NCBI GenBank assembly: GCA_051313645.2 | Contig: JBNRSN020000470.1 | Span: 186,001-250,000 of the forward strand | Direction: 5' to 3' | Origin: Centroscyllium fabricii | Taxonomy: Eukaryota | Length of the DNA: 64,000 nucleotides | In this document: in pieces, positions 32,301 through 44,712 of the stretch | Layout of the letters: each line of letters starts with the position of its first letter | How positions within the stretch are numbered: the stretch's first letter is position 1 | The notes under the pieces: generated by a model | The model's input: only the letters and a program-made list of their open reading frames with translations | Told to the model about the DNA's origin: nothing | Databases searched by the model: none | Translations under genes and position numbers: made by a program

Positions 32301-35300
32301 GGAGGTAATACCCGCCGTACTGGAGGAGATAATACCCAACGTACTGGGAGTGATGATACCCGCCGTACTGGGCGTGATAATACCCGCCGTACTGAGGGAG
32401 ATAATACCCGCCGTACTGGGGGAGATAATACCCGCCGTACTGGAGGAGATAATACCCGCCGTACTGGGGCGTCATAATACCAGCCGTACTGGGGGTGATA
32501 ATACCCGCCGTACTGGGGGAGATAATACCCGCCGTACTGGAGGAGATAATACCCGCCGTACTGGGGCGTCATAATACCAGCCGTACTGGGGGTGATAATA
32601 CCCGCCGTACTGGAGGAGATAATACCCGCCGTACTGGGGCGTCATAATACCAGCCGTACTGGGGGTGATAATACCTGCCGTACTGGTTGCGATAATACCT
32701 GCTGTACTGGGGATGATAATACCTGCCGTACTGGGGATGATAATACCTGCCGTACTGGGAATGGTAATACCTGCCGTACTGGGGGGAATAATACCTGACG
32801 TATCTGTGGCCGATAATTGCTGCCGTACTCGGGGAGATAATACCTGCCGTACTGGAGGAGATCATACCCGCCGTACTGGGGGAGATAATACCCGCCGTAC
32901 TGGGGGAGATAATACCCGCCGTACTGGGGGAGATAATACCCGCCGTACTGGGGGAGATAATACCCGCCGTACTGGGGGAGATAATACCTGCCGTACTGGT
33001 GGACATAATACCTGCCGTACTGGGGGAGATAATAGCTTCCGTACTGGGGGAGATAAAACCTGCCGTACTGGGGGAGATAATACGTGCCGTACTGGGGGAG
33101 ATAATACGTGCCGTACTGGGGGTGATAATACGTGCCGTACTGGGGGAGTTAATACGTGCCATACTGGTTTGATAATACCTGCCGTACTGGGGGTGATAAT
33201 ACCCGCCGTGCTGGGGGAGATAATACCCGCCGTACTGGGGGTGATAACACCTGATGCAGTGGGGGTGATCATACCTGCCATACTGGGGGTGATAATACCC
33301 GCCGTACTGGGGGAGATAATACCTGCTGTACTGGGGGTGATAATACCGCCGTACTGGGGGAGATAATACCCGCCGTAGTGGGGGTGATAATACCCGCTGT
33401 ACTGGGGATGTTAATTCCTCATGTACTGGCCTTGATAATACCTGCCGTACTGGGAGTGATGATACCCGCCGTACTGGGGGAGATAATACCCGCCGTACTG
33501 GAGGAGATAATACCCAACGTACTGGGAGTGATAATACCCAACGTACAGGGAGTTATAATACCTGCTGTACTGGGGGAGATAATACCTGCCGTACTGCGAG
33601 TGATAATACCTGCCGTACTGGGGAGATAATACCCGCCGTACTGGGGAGATAATACCCACCGTAGTGGGGGAAATAATACCCGCCGTACTGGGGGAGGTAA
33701 TACCCGCCGTACTGGAGGAGATAATACCGAACGTACTGGGAGTGATGATACCTGCCGTACTGGAGGAGATAATACCTGCCGTACTGGGGGAGATGATACC
33801 TGCCCTACTGGGAATAATAATACCCGCCGTACTGGGGGAGATAATACCCGCCGTACTGGGGGAGATAATACCAGCCGTACTGGGGGTGATAATACCCGCC
33901 GTACTGGTTGCGATAATACCTGCTGTACTGGGGGAGATAATACCTGACGTACTGTGGGCGATAATTGCTGCCGTACTCGGGGAGATAATACCTGCCGTAC
34001 TGGGGGAGATAATACCCGCCGTACTGGGGGAGATAATACCCGCCGTACTGGAGGAGATAATACCCTCCGTACTGGGGGAGATAATACCCGCTGTACTGGA
34101 GGAGATAATACACGCCGTACTGGGGGAGATAATACCTGCCGTACTGGGGGAGATAATACCCGCCGTACTGGGGGAGATAATACCCGCCGTACTGGGGGAG
34201 ATAATACCCGCCGTACAGGGGGAGATAATACCCGCCGTACTGGGGGAGATAATACCCGCCGTACTGGAGCAGATAATACCTGCCGTACTAGGGGAGATAA
34301 TACCCGCCGTACTGGAGGAGATAATACCCGCCGTACGGGAGGAGATTATACTTGCCGTACTGGGGGTGATAATACCCGCCGTACTGGGGGTGATAATACC
34401 CGCCGTACTGCGTGAGATAATACCTGCCAAGTGGGGAGATAATACCTGCCGTATTGGGGGTGATAATACCTACCGTCCTGGGAAAGATAATACCTGCCGT
34501 ACTGGGGGAGATAATACCTGCCGTACTGGGTGAGATAATACTCGCCGTACTGGGTGAGATAATACTCGCCGTACTGGGTGAGATAATACCCGCCGTACTG
34601 GGTGAGATAATACCCGCCGTACTGGGGGAGATAATACCCGCCGTACTGGGGAGATAATACCCGCCGTACTGGGGGAGATAATACCTGCCGTACTGGAGGC
34701 GATAATACCCGCCGTACTGGGGGAGATAATACCCGCCGTACTGGGGGAGATAATACCCGCCGTACTGGGGGAGATAATACCCGCCGTACTGGCGGAGATA
34801 ATAACCGCCGTACTGGGGTGATAATACCCGCCGTACTGGGGGAGATAATACCCGCCGTACTGGGGTAGATAATACCCGCCGTACTGGGGGAGATAATACC
34901 CGCCGTACGGGGGGAGATAATACCAGCCGTACGGGGGGAGATAATACCCGCCGTACGGGGGGTGATAATACCAGCCGTACTGGGGCAGGTAATACCCGCC
35001 GTACGGGGTTGATAATACCTGCCATACGGGGGGTGATAATACCCTCCATATTGGTGGAGATAATACCCGCCGTACTCGGGGTGATAATGCCCGCCGTACT
35101 GGGGGAGATAATACCCGCCGTACTCGGGGAGGTAATACCCGCCGTACTGGAGGAGATAATACTGAACGTACTGGGAGTGATGATACCCGCCGTACTGGAG
35201 GAGATAATACCTGCCGTACTGGGGGAGATGATACCTGCCCTACTGGGAATAATAATACCCGCCGTACTGGGGGAGATAATACCCGCCGTACTGGGGGAGA

Positions 35301-37500
35301 TAATACCAGCCGTACTGGGGGTGATAATACCCGCCGTACTGGTTGCGATAATACCTGCTGTACTGGGGGAGATAATACCTGACGTACTGTGGGCGATAAT
35401 TGCTGCCGTACTCGGGGAGATAATACCTGCCGTACTGGGGGAGATAATACCCGCCGTACTGGGGGAGATAATACCCGCCGTACTGGAGGAGATAATACCC
35501 TCCGTACTGGGGGAGATAATACCCGCTGTACTGGAGGAGATAATACACGCCGTACTGGGGGAGATAATACCTGCCGTACTGGGGGAGATAATAACCGCCG
35601 TACTGGGGGAGATTATACCCGCCGTACTGGGGGAGATAATACCCGCCGTACAGGGGGAGATAATACCCGCCGTACTGGGGGAGATAATACCCGCCGTACT
35701 GGAGCAGATAATACCTGCCGTACTAGGGGAGATAATACCCGCCGTACTGGAGGAGATAATACCCGCCGTACGGGAGGAGATTATACTTGCCATACTGGGG
35801 GTGATAATACCCGCCGTACTGGGGGTGATAATACCCGCCGTACTGCGTGAAATAATACCTGCCAAGTGGGGAGATAATACCTGCCGTATTGGGGGTGATA
35901 ATACCTACCGTCCTGGGAAAGATAATACCTGCCGTACTGGGGGAGATAATACCTGCCGTACTGGGTGAGATAATACCCGCCGTACTGGGTGAGATAATAC
36001 CCGCCGTACTGGGGGAGATAATACCCGCCGTACTGGGTGAGATAATACCCGCCGTACTGGGGGAGATAATACCTGCCGTACTGGAGGCGATAATACCCGC
36101 CGTACTGGAGGCGATAATACCCGCCGTACTGGTGATGATAATACCCGCCGTACTGGAGGAGCTAATACCTGCCGTACAGGGGGAGATAATACCCGCCGTA
36201 CTGGGGGAGATAATACCCGCCGTACTGGGGGAGATAATACCAGCCGTACTGGGGGAGATAATACCCGCCAAGTGGGGTGATGATACCCGCCGTACTGGAG
36301 CAGATAATACCCGCCGTACTAGGGGAGATAATACCCGCCGTACTGGAGGAGATAATACCCGCCGTACTGGAGGAGATTATACTTGCCGTACTGGGGGTGA
36401 TAATACCCGCCGTACTGGGGGTGATAATACCCGCCATACTGCGTGAGATAATGCCTGCCAAGTGGGGAGATAATACCTGCCGTATTGGGGGTGATAATAC
36501 CTACCGTCCTGGGAAAGATAATACCTGCCGTACTGGGGGAGATAATACTCGCCGTACTGGGTGAGATAATACTCGCCGTACTGGGTGAGATAATACTCGC
36601 CGTACTGGGTGAGATAATACTCGCCGTACTGGGTGAGATAATACTCGCCGTACTGGGTGAGATAATACCCGCCGTACTGGGTGAGATAATACCCGCCGTA
36701 CTGGGGGAGATAATACCCGCCGTACTGGGGAGATAATACCCGCCGTACTGGGGGAGATAATACCCGCCGTACTGGAGGAGATAATATCCGCCGTACTGTG
36801 GGAGATAATACCCGCCGTACTGGGGATGATAATACCCGCCGTACTGGAGGAGCTAATACCTGCCGTACTGGGGGAGATAATACCCGCCGTACTGGGGGAG
36901 ATAATACCCGCCGTACTGGGGGAGATAATACCAGCCGTACTGGGGGAGATAATACCCGCCAAGTGGGGTGATGATACCCGCCGTACTGGGGGTGATAATA
37001 CCTGCCGTACTTGGGGAGATAATACCCACCGTACTGGGGGAGATAATACCCGCCGTACTGGGGGAGGTAATACCCGCCGTACTGGAGGAGATAATACCCA
37101 ACGTACTGGGAGTGATGATACCCGCCGTACTGGGCGTGATAATACCCGCCGTACTGGGGGAGATAATACCCGCCGTACTGGAGGAGATAATACCCGCCGT
37201 ACTGGGGCGTCATAATACCAGCCGTACTGGGGGTGATAATACCCGCCGTACTGGAGGAGATAATACCCGCCGTACTGGGGCGTCATAATACCAGCCGTAC
37301 TGGGGGTGATAATACCTGCCGTACTGGTTGCGATAATACCTGCTGTACTGGGGATGATAATACCTGCCGTACTGGGAATGGTAATACCTGCCGTACTGGG
37401 GGGAATAATACCTGACGTATTTGTGGCCGATAATTGCTGCCGTACTCGGGGAGATAATACCTGCCGTACTGGAGGAGATCATACCCGCCGTACTGGGGGA
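17351..37500. repeat. Second HOR domain: mosaic units of about 1.6-4.1 kb
   Basis: The marker GGGGCAGGTAATACCCGCCGTACGGGGTTGATAATACCTGCCATACGG recurs, with its TTG at about 17572, 21217, 22867, 26246, 28929, 30892 and 35009. It is followed by the same ordered variants (CCGAACGT, CCTGCCCTACTGGGAAT, GTGGGCGATAATTGC, the 22-bp GCCAAGTGGGG monomer, CCTACCGTCCTGGGAAAG). Domain boundaries are approximate. Confidence 0.85.
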
Positions 37501-40203
37501 GATAATACCCGCCGTGCTGGGGGAGATAATACCCGCCGTACTGGGGGTGATAACACCTGATGCAGTGGGGGTGATCATACCTGCCATACTGGGGGTGATA
37601 ATACCCGCCGTACTGGGGGAGATAATACCTGCTGTACTGGGGGTGATAATACCGCCGTACTGGGGGAGATAATACCCGCCGTAGTGGGGGTGATAATACC
37701 CGCTGTACTGGGGATGTTAATACCTCATGTACTGGCCTTGATAATACCTGCCGTACTGGGAGTGATAACACCTGATGCAGTGGGGGTGATCATACCTGCC
37801 ATACTGGGGGTGATAATACCCGCCGTACTGGGGGAGATAATACCTGCTGTACTGGGGGTGATAATACCGCCGTACTGGGGGTGATAATGCCCGCCGTACT
37901 GGGGGAGATAATACCCGCCGTACTGGAGGAGATAATACCCAACGTACTGGGAGTGATAATACCCAACGTACAGGGAGTTATAATACCTGCCGTACTGCGA
38001 GTGATAATACCTGCCGTACTGCGAGTGATAATACCTGCCGTACTGGGGAGATAATACCCGCCGTACTGGGGAGATAATACCCGCCGTACTGGGGGAGATA
38101 ATACCTGCCGTACTGGGGGAGATAATACCTGCCGTACTGGAGGAGATAATACCCGCCGTACTGGAGGAGATAATGCCCGCCGTACTGTGGGAGATAATAC
38201 CCGCCGTACCGGAGGAGATAATACCCGCCGTACTGGAGGAGATAATACCTGCCGTACTGGAGGAGATAATACCTGCCGTACTGGAGGAGCTAATACCCGC
38301 CGTACTGGGGGAGATAATACCCGCCGTACTGGGGGAGATAATACCCGCCGTACTGGGGGAGATAATACCCGCCGTACTGGGGGAGATAGTACCCGCCGTA
38401 CTGGGGGAGATAATACCCGCTGTACTGGAGGAGATAATACCCGCCGTACTGGGGGAGATAATACCCGCCAAGTGGCGTGATAATACCTGCCGTATTGGGG
38501 GTGATGATACCCGCCGTACTGGGGGTGATAATACCCGCCGTACTTGGGGAGATAATACCCGCCGTACTGGGGGAGATAATACCCGCCGTTCTGGGGGAGG
38601 TAATACCCGCCGTACTGGAGGAGATAATACCCAACGTACTGGGAGTGATGATACCCGCCGTACTGGAGGAGATAATACCTGCCGTACTGCGAGTGATAAT
38701 ACCCGCCGTACTGGGGGAGATGATACCTGCCCTACTGGGAATAATAATATTCGCCGTACTGGGGGAGATAATACCCGCCGTACTGGGGGTGATACTACCC
38801 GCCGTACTGAGGGAGATAATACCCACCGTACTCGGGGAGATAATACCTGCCGTACTGGAGGAGATAATACCCGTCGTACTGGGGCGTCATAATACCAGCC
38901 GTACTGTGGATGATTATACCTGCCGTACTGGGAATGGTAATAACTGCCGTACTGGAGGGAATAATACCGGACATACTGGGGGAGATAATACCTGCCGTAC
39001 TGGAGGAGATAATACCCTCCGTACTGGGGGAGATAATACCCGCCGTACTGGGGGAGATAATACCCGCCGTACTGGGGGAGATAATACCCGCCGTACTGGG
39101 GGAGATAATACCTGCCGTACTGGGGGAGATAATACCTGCCGCACTGGTTGTGATAATACCTGCTGTACTGGGGGTGATAATACCCACCGTACTGGGGGTG
39201 ATAATACCCGCCGTACTGGGGGAGATTATACCCGCCGTACTGGAGGAGATAATACCCGCCGTACTGGGGGAGATAATACCTGCCGTACTGGGGGAGATAA
39301 TACCCGCCGCACTGGTTGTGATAATACCTGCTGTACTGGGGGTGATAATACCAGCTGTACTGGGGGTGATAATACCTGCTGTACTGGTTGCGATAATACC
39401 TGCTGTACTGGGGGAGATAATACCTGCCGTACTGGGGATGATAATACCTGCCGTACTGGGGGGAATAATACCTGACTTATCTGTGGCCGATAATTGCTGC
39501 CGTACTCGGGGAGATAATACCTGCCGTACTGGAGGAGATCATACCCGCTGTACTGGGGGAGATAATACCCGCCGTACTGGGGGAGATAATACCTGCCGTA
39601 CTGGTGGACATAATACCTGCCGTACTGGGGGAGATAATAGCTTCCGTACTGGGGGAGATAAAACCTGCCGTACTGAGGGAGATAATACCCAACGTACTGG
39701 GAGTGATGATACCCGCCGTACTGGAGGAGATAATACCTGCCGTACTGCGAGTGATAATACCCGCCGTACTGGGGGTGATAATACGTGCCGTACTGGGGGA
39801 GATAATACGTGCCATACTGGTTTGATAATACCTGCCGTACTGGGGGTGATAATACCCACCGTACTGGGGGTGATAATACCTCACTTACTGGGGGAGATAA
39901 TACCCGCCGGACTGTGGTTGATAATAACCGCCGTACTGGGAGTGATAATACCTGCCGTACTGGGGGAGATAATACCTGCCGTACTGGGTGAGATAATACT
40001 CGCTGTACTGGGGGAGATAATACCTGCCGTACTGGGTGAGATAATACTCGCTGTACTGGGTGAGATAACACCCGCCGTACTTGGGGAGATAATACCCTCC
40101 GTACTGAGGGTGATAATACCCGCCGTATTGGAGGTGATAATACCCGGCGTACTGGGGGTGATAATACCCGCCGTACTGGGGGTGATAATACCCGCCCTAC
40201 TGG

Positions 40204-41312
40204 TGTTTCGAGCGGCTGGTCCTGGCCCACATCAAAGCCAGCATCCCCGCCGCCCTGGACCAATACCAGTTCGCCTACCGTGGGAACCGATCTACGGAAG
40301 ATGCTATCACTACGGCTCTTCACTCTGCACTAAACCACCTGGATAGCAAAGATACGTATATCAGAATGCAGTTTATTGACTACAGCTCAGCATTCAACAC
40401 CATCGTCCCCAGCAAATTGTCTAACAAACTCCTCACCCTCGGCCTCAACACCTCCCTGTGCAACTGGACCCTGGACTTCCTAACCAACAGACCACAGTCT
40501 GTGAAGTTAGGCAACCTCACCTCCCCCTCACCCTGAACACGGGGGCCCCACAAGGTTGTGTGCTCAGCCCCCTCCTCTACTCCCTCTTCACTCACGACTG
40601 TGCGGCTGTCCATGGCTCCAACACGATCATCAAGTTTGCGGATGACACCACGGTGATTGGCCAGATCACCAACAACGACGAGTCAGCCTACAGGGATGAG
40701 ATCCAGCACCTTGTGGGTTGGTGTGCCGACAACAACCTGGCACTGAACACCAAGAAAACTAAGGAGATCATAGTGGACTTCCGGAGGACTGTAAGCAGAA
40801 GACACACCCCCATCTTCATCCAAAGGGCTGAGGTGGAAAGGGTGCCCAGCTTCAAGTTCCTCGGGGTCCACATCTCGGAAGACCTCTCCTGGTCACTAAA
40901 CACCTCCTCTTTGGTTAAGAAGGCCCAACAGCACCTGTGCTTCCTAAGGAAGCTGAAGAAAGCCAGGCTGTCATCCGGCATCCTCTCTAACTTCTACCGC
41001 TGCACAATCGAAAGCATACTGATGAGCTGCATCACAGTCTGGTATGGAAATTGCACCATCTCGGACCGGAAGACCCTGCAGCGGGTAGTCAAAACTGCCC
41101 AACGAATCACCGGTACCCAGCTACCGTCAATGGACAGCATCTACCTCAAATGCTGCCTACGGAGGTCTCTGAACATTATTAAAGACCCCACACACCCCAG
41201 CCACAGTCTGTTCACCCCCATGCCCTCCGGGAGACGCTACAGATCAATTCGCACCCGCACGACTAGATTTAAGAACAGCTTCTTCCCCAGGGCTGTCAGC
41301 CTCCTGAACTCT
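40204..41312 (+). pseudogene. Reverse transcriptase / C-terminal part of LINE ORF, truncated and frameshifted (copy 1)
   Basis: No N-terminal endonuclease or start codon. The frame beginning at 40204 reads ...[11 protein letters not shown] and stops at TGA 40534-40536, while the RT continues in the -1 frame (ORF 40458..41462: [10 protein letters not shown]...). The frameshift lies near 40520-40530. Confidence 0.9.
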
Positions 41313-41340
41313 AAAAAAAAAAAAAAAAACAAAAAAAAAA
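41313..41340 (+). repeat. Internal poly(A) tract A17-C-A10 at the end of the LINE ORF
   Basis: Read directly: CTGAACTCT-A17CA10-CTCCGG, about 130 bp upstream of the element's 3' tail. Confidence 0.95.
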
Positions 41341-41432
41341 CTCCGGTACCTGCACACCTGAAAATGTACTTTACTGTATGCAATTTGCATGTAATTTATT
41401 TGCACTACTCTCGGGAGCGTCGAGTCTTCGTC

Positions 41433-41489
41433 TCGTTGTATTGTACTAGTACTCTGCAATGACAATAAAACTTGAATTGAATTGAATTG
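41433..41489 (+). other. LINE 3' terminal module: stem-loop, AATAAA (41464-41469) and (TTGAA)n tail, copy 1
   Basis: TCGTTGTA (41433-41440) can pair with TGCAATGA (41455-41462) using two G-U pairs and encloses GTACTAGTAC. AATAAA and TTGAATTGAATTGAATTG (41472-41489) follow. Confidence 0.8.
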
Positions 41490-43432
41490 GGGGAGATAAT
41501 ACCCGCCGTACTGGTGGAGATAATACCTGATGTACTGGGGGAGATAATACCCGCCGTACTGCGGGAGATAATATCCGCCGTACTGGGGGTGATAATACCC
41601 GCTGTACTGGGGGAGATAATACCCGCCGTACTGGGGGAGATAATACCCGCCGTACTGGGGGAGATAGTACCCGCCGTACTGGGGGTGATAATACCCGCCG
41701 TACTGGTGGAGATAATACCCGCCGTACTGGGGGTGATAATACCCGCCGCACTGGGTGAGATAATACCCGCCGTACTGGGGGTGATAATACCTGCTGTACT
41801 GGTGGAGATAATACCCGCCGTACTGGGAGAGATAATACCTGCCGTACTGGGGGAGATAATACCCGCCGTACTGGGTGAGATAATACTCGCTGTACTGGGT
41901 GAGATAATACCCGCCGTACTGGGTGAGATAATACCCGCCGTACTGGGTGAGATAATACCCGCCGTACTGGGGGAGATAATACCCGCCGTACTGGGGGAGA
42001 TAATACCTGCCGTACTGGGGGAGATAATACCTGCCGTACTGGAGGAGATAATACCCGCCGTACTGGAGGAGATAATGCCCGCCGTACTGTGGGAGATAAT
42101 ACCCGCCGTACCGGAGGAGATAATACCCGCCGTACTGGGGATGATAATACCCGCCGTACTGGAGGAGATAATACCTGCCGTACTGGAGGAGATAATACCT
42201 GCCGTACTGGAGGAGCTAATACCCGCCGTACTGGGGGAGATAATACCCGCCGTACTGGGGGAGATAATACCCGCCGTACTGGGGGAGATAATACCCGCCG
42301 TACTGGGGGAGATAATACCCGCCGTACTGGGGGAGATAATACACGCCGTACTGGGGGAGATAATACCCGCCGTACTGGGGGAGATAGTACCCGCCGTACT
42401 GGGGGAGATAATACCCGCCGTACTGGAGGAGATAATACCCGCCGTACTGGGGGAGATAATACCCGCCAAGTGGGGTGATCATACCTGCCGTATTGGGGGT
42501 GATGATACCCGCCATACTGGGGGTGATAATACCCGCCGTACTTGGGGAGATAATACCCGCCGTACTGGGGGAGATAATACCCGCCGTTCTGGGGGAGGTA
42601 ATACCCGCCGTACTGGAGGAGATAATACCCAACGTACTGGGAGTGATGATACCCGCCGTACTGGAGGAGATAATACCTGCCGTACTGCGAGTGATAATAC
42701 CCGCCGTACTGGGGGAGATGATACCTGCCCTACTGGGAATAATAATATTCGCCGTACTGGGGGAGATAATACCCGCCGTACTGGGGGTGATAATACCCGC
42801 CATACTGAGGGAGATAATACCCACCGTACTCGGGGAGATAATACCCGCCGTACTGGAGGAGATAATACCCGCCGTACTGGGGCGTCATAATACCAGCCGT
42901 ACTGGGGGTGATAATACCTGCCGTACTGGTTGCGATAATACCTGCTGTACTGGGGGTGATAATACCCACCGTACTCGGGGAGATAATACCTGCCGTACTG
43001 GAGGAGATAATACCCGTCGTACTGGGGCGTCATAATACCAGCCGTACTGTGGATGATTATACCTGCCGTACTGCGAATGGTAATAACTGCCGTACTGGGG
43101 GGAATAATACCGGACATACTGGGGGAGATAATACCTGCCGTACTGGAGGAGATAATACCCTCCGTACTGAGGGAGATAATACCCGCCGTACTGGAGGAGA
43201 TAACACCCGCCGTACTGCGTGAGATAATACCTGCCAAGTGGGGAGATAATACCTGCCGTATTGGGGGTGATGATACCCGCCGTAGTGGGGGTGATAATAC
43301 CCGCCGTACTTGGGGAGATAATACCCGCCGTACTGGGGGTGATAATACCCGCCGTATTGGAGGTGATAATACCCGGCGTACTGGGGGTGATAATACCCGC
43401 CGTACTGGGGGTGATAATACCCGCCCTACTGG
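41490..43432. repeat. 24-bp satellite block between the two LINE copies (about 81 monomers)
   Basis: Same monomer and orientation. The variant order at ~42000-43150 matches ~38100-39020. Confidence 0.99.
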
Positions 43433-44562
43433 TGTTTCGAGCGGCTGGTCCTGGCCCACATCAAAGCCAGCATCCCCGCCGCCCTGGACCAATACCAGTT
43501 CGCCTACCGTGGGAACCGATCTACGGAAGATGCTATCACTACGGCTCTTCACTCTGCACTAAACCACCTGGATAGCAAAGATACGTATATCAGAATGCAG
43601 TTTATTGACTACAGCTCAGCATTCAACACCATCGTCCCCAGCAAATTGTCTAACAAACTCCTCACCCTCGGCCTCAACACCTCCCTGTGCAACTGGACCC
43701 TGGACTTCCTAACCAACAGACCACAGTCTGTGAAGTTAGGCAACCTCACCTCCCCCTCACCCTGAACACGGGGGCCCCACAAGGTTGTGTGCTCAGCCCC
43801 CTCCTCTACTCCCTCTTCACTCACGACTGTGCGGCTGTCCATGGCTCCAACACGATCATCAAGTTTGCGGATGACACCACGGTGATTGGCCAGATCACCA
43901 ACAACGACGAGTCAGCCTACAGGGATGAGATCCAGCACCTTGTGGGTTGGTGTGCCGACAACAACCTGGCACTGAACACCAAGAAAACTAAGGAGATCAT
44001 AGTGGACTTCCGGAGGACTGTAAGCAGAAGACACACCCCCATCTTCATCCAAAGGGCTGAGGTGGAAAGGGTGCCCAGCTTCAAGTTCCTCGGGGTCCAC
44101 ATCTCGGAAGACCTCTCCTGGTCACTAAACACCTCCTCTTTGGTTAAGAAGGCCCAACAGCACCTGTGCTTCCTAAGGAAGCTGAAGAAAGCCAGGCTGT
44201 CATCCGGCATCCTCTCTAACTTCTACCGCTGCACAATCGAAAGCATACTGATGAGCTGCATCACAGTCTGGTATGGAAATTGCACCATCTCGGACCGGAA
44301 GACCCTGCAGCGGGTAGTCAAAACTGCCCAACGAATCACCGGTACCCAGCTACCGTCAATGGACAGCATCTACCTCAAATGCTGCCTACGGAGGTCTCTG
44401 AACATTATTAAAGACCCCACACACCCCAGCCACAGTCTGTTCACCCCCATGCCCTCCGGGAGACGCTACAGATCAATTCGCACCCGCACGACTAGATTTA
44501 AGAACAGCTTCTTCCCCAGGGCTGTCAGCCTCCTGAACTCTAAAAAAAAAAAAAAAAAATAA
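43433..44562 (+). pseudogene. Reverse transcriptase / C-terminal part of LINE ORF, truncated and frameshifted (copy 2)
   Basis: As copy 1. ORF 43687..44562 ends LLNSKKKKKK* at TAA 44560-44562. The frameshift lies near 43750-43760. Confidence 0.9.
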
Positions 44563-44563
44563 A
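44542..44563 (+). repeat. Internal poly(A) tract A18-T-A3
   Basis: Read directly: CTGAACTCT-A18TA3-CTCCGG. Confidence 0.95.
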
Positions 44564-44655
44564 CTCCGGTACCTGCACACCTGAAAATGTACTTTACTGT
44601 ATGCAATTTGCATGTAATTTATTTGCACTACTCTCGGGAGCGTCGAGTCTTCGTC

Positions 44656-44712
44656 TCGTTGTATTGTACTAGTACTCTGCAATGACAATAAAACTTGAAT
44701 TGAATTGAATTG
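44656..44712 (+). other. LINE 3' terminal module: stem-loop, AATAAA (44687-44692) and (TTGAA)n tail, copy 2
   Basis: Identical to 41433-41489. Confidence 0.8.

Larger units (their letters stand above)
1..40203. repeat. 24-bp tandem satellite array, left block (about 1,670 monomers), consensus ATACCCGCCGTACTGGGGGAGATA
   Basis: Uninterrupted head-to-tail monomers from base 1 to ...CCCGCCCTACTGG at 40203, all in one orientation. Differences are point substitutions and occasional 22/23/25/26-bp monomers. The array continues beyond the left edge. Confidence 0.99.
40204..41489 (+). mobile_element. 5'-truncated non-LTR retrotransposon (LINE), Rex1/Babar-like, copy 1
   Basis: Starts abruptly inside the RT domain ([11 protein letters not shown]...[18 protein letters not shown]...[11 protein letters not shown]). 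Continues GAPQGCVLSPLLY, KFADDTTVIG (FADD at 40635-40646), WCADNNLALNTKKTKEIIVDFRR, FKFLGVHISEDLSW, FYRCTIESIL, DPTHPSHSLF...PSGRRYRSIRTRTTRFKNSFFPRAVSLLN. A short 3' UTR follows with a stem-loop, AATAAA and a (TTGAA)3TTG tail. The clade is assigned from motif recognition, not a database search. Confidence 0.93.
43433..44712 (+). mobile_element. 5'-truncated Rex1/Babar-like LINE, copy 2 (duplicate of copy 1)
   Basis: Same 5' junction (CCCGCCCTACTGG|TGTTTCGAGCGG), same 3' junction, same frameshift and identical translation (FADD at 43864-43875). Offset is 3229 bp before the poly(A) tract and 3223 bp after it. The A tract is the only difference I could see. Confidence 0.93.

Noticed and set aside
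40380-41465. Short minus-strand ORFs inside the LINE (40380-40613, 40683-40871, 40688-40981, 41244-41465 and their duplicates)
   Set aside because: They are antisense shadows of the RT frame with no recognisable motifs.
40458-44562. RT next to repeats as a retron, DGR, group II intron, telomerase-like or other novel RT-repeat system
   Set aside because: The motifs, 3' UTR hairpin and TTGAA tail are those of an ordinary non-LTR retrotransposon. It is 5'-truncated and frameshifted, and its tail is unrelated to the 24-bp monomer, so nothing shows that it synthesises the array.
40204-44712. Two independent site-specific LINE insertions into the satellite
   Set aside because: An identical truncation point, frameshift and rare flanking monomer variants are far better explained by duplication of one insertion.
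40204-44712. LTR retrotransposon or composite element with the two 1.28-kb copies as long terminal repeats
   Set aside because: The direct repeats are RT-coding LINE 3' fragments, the interior is plain satellite, and there is no gag, integrase or primer-binding site.
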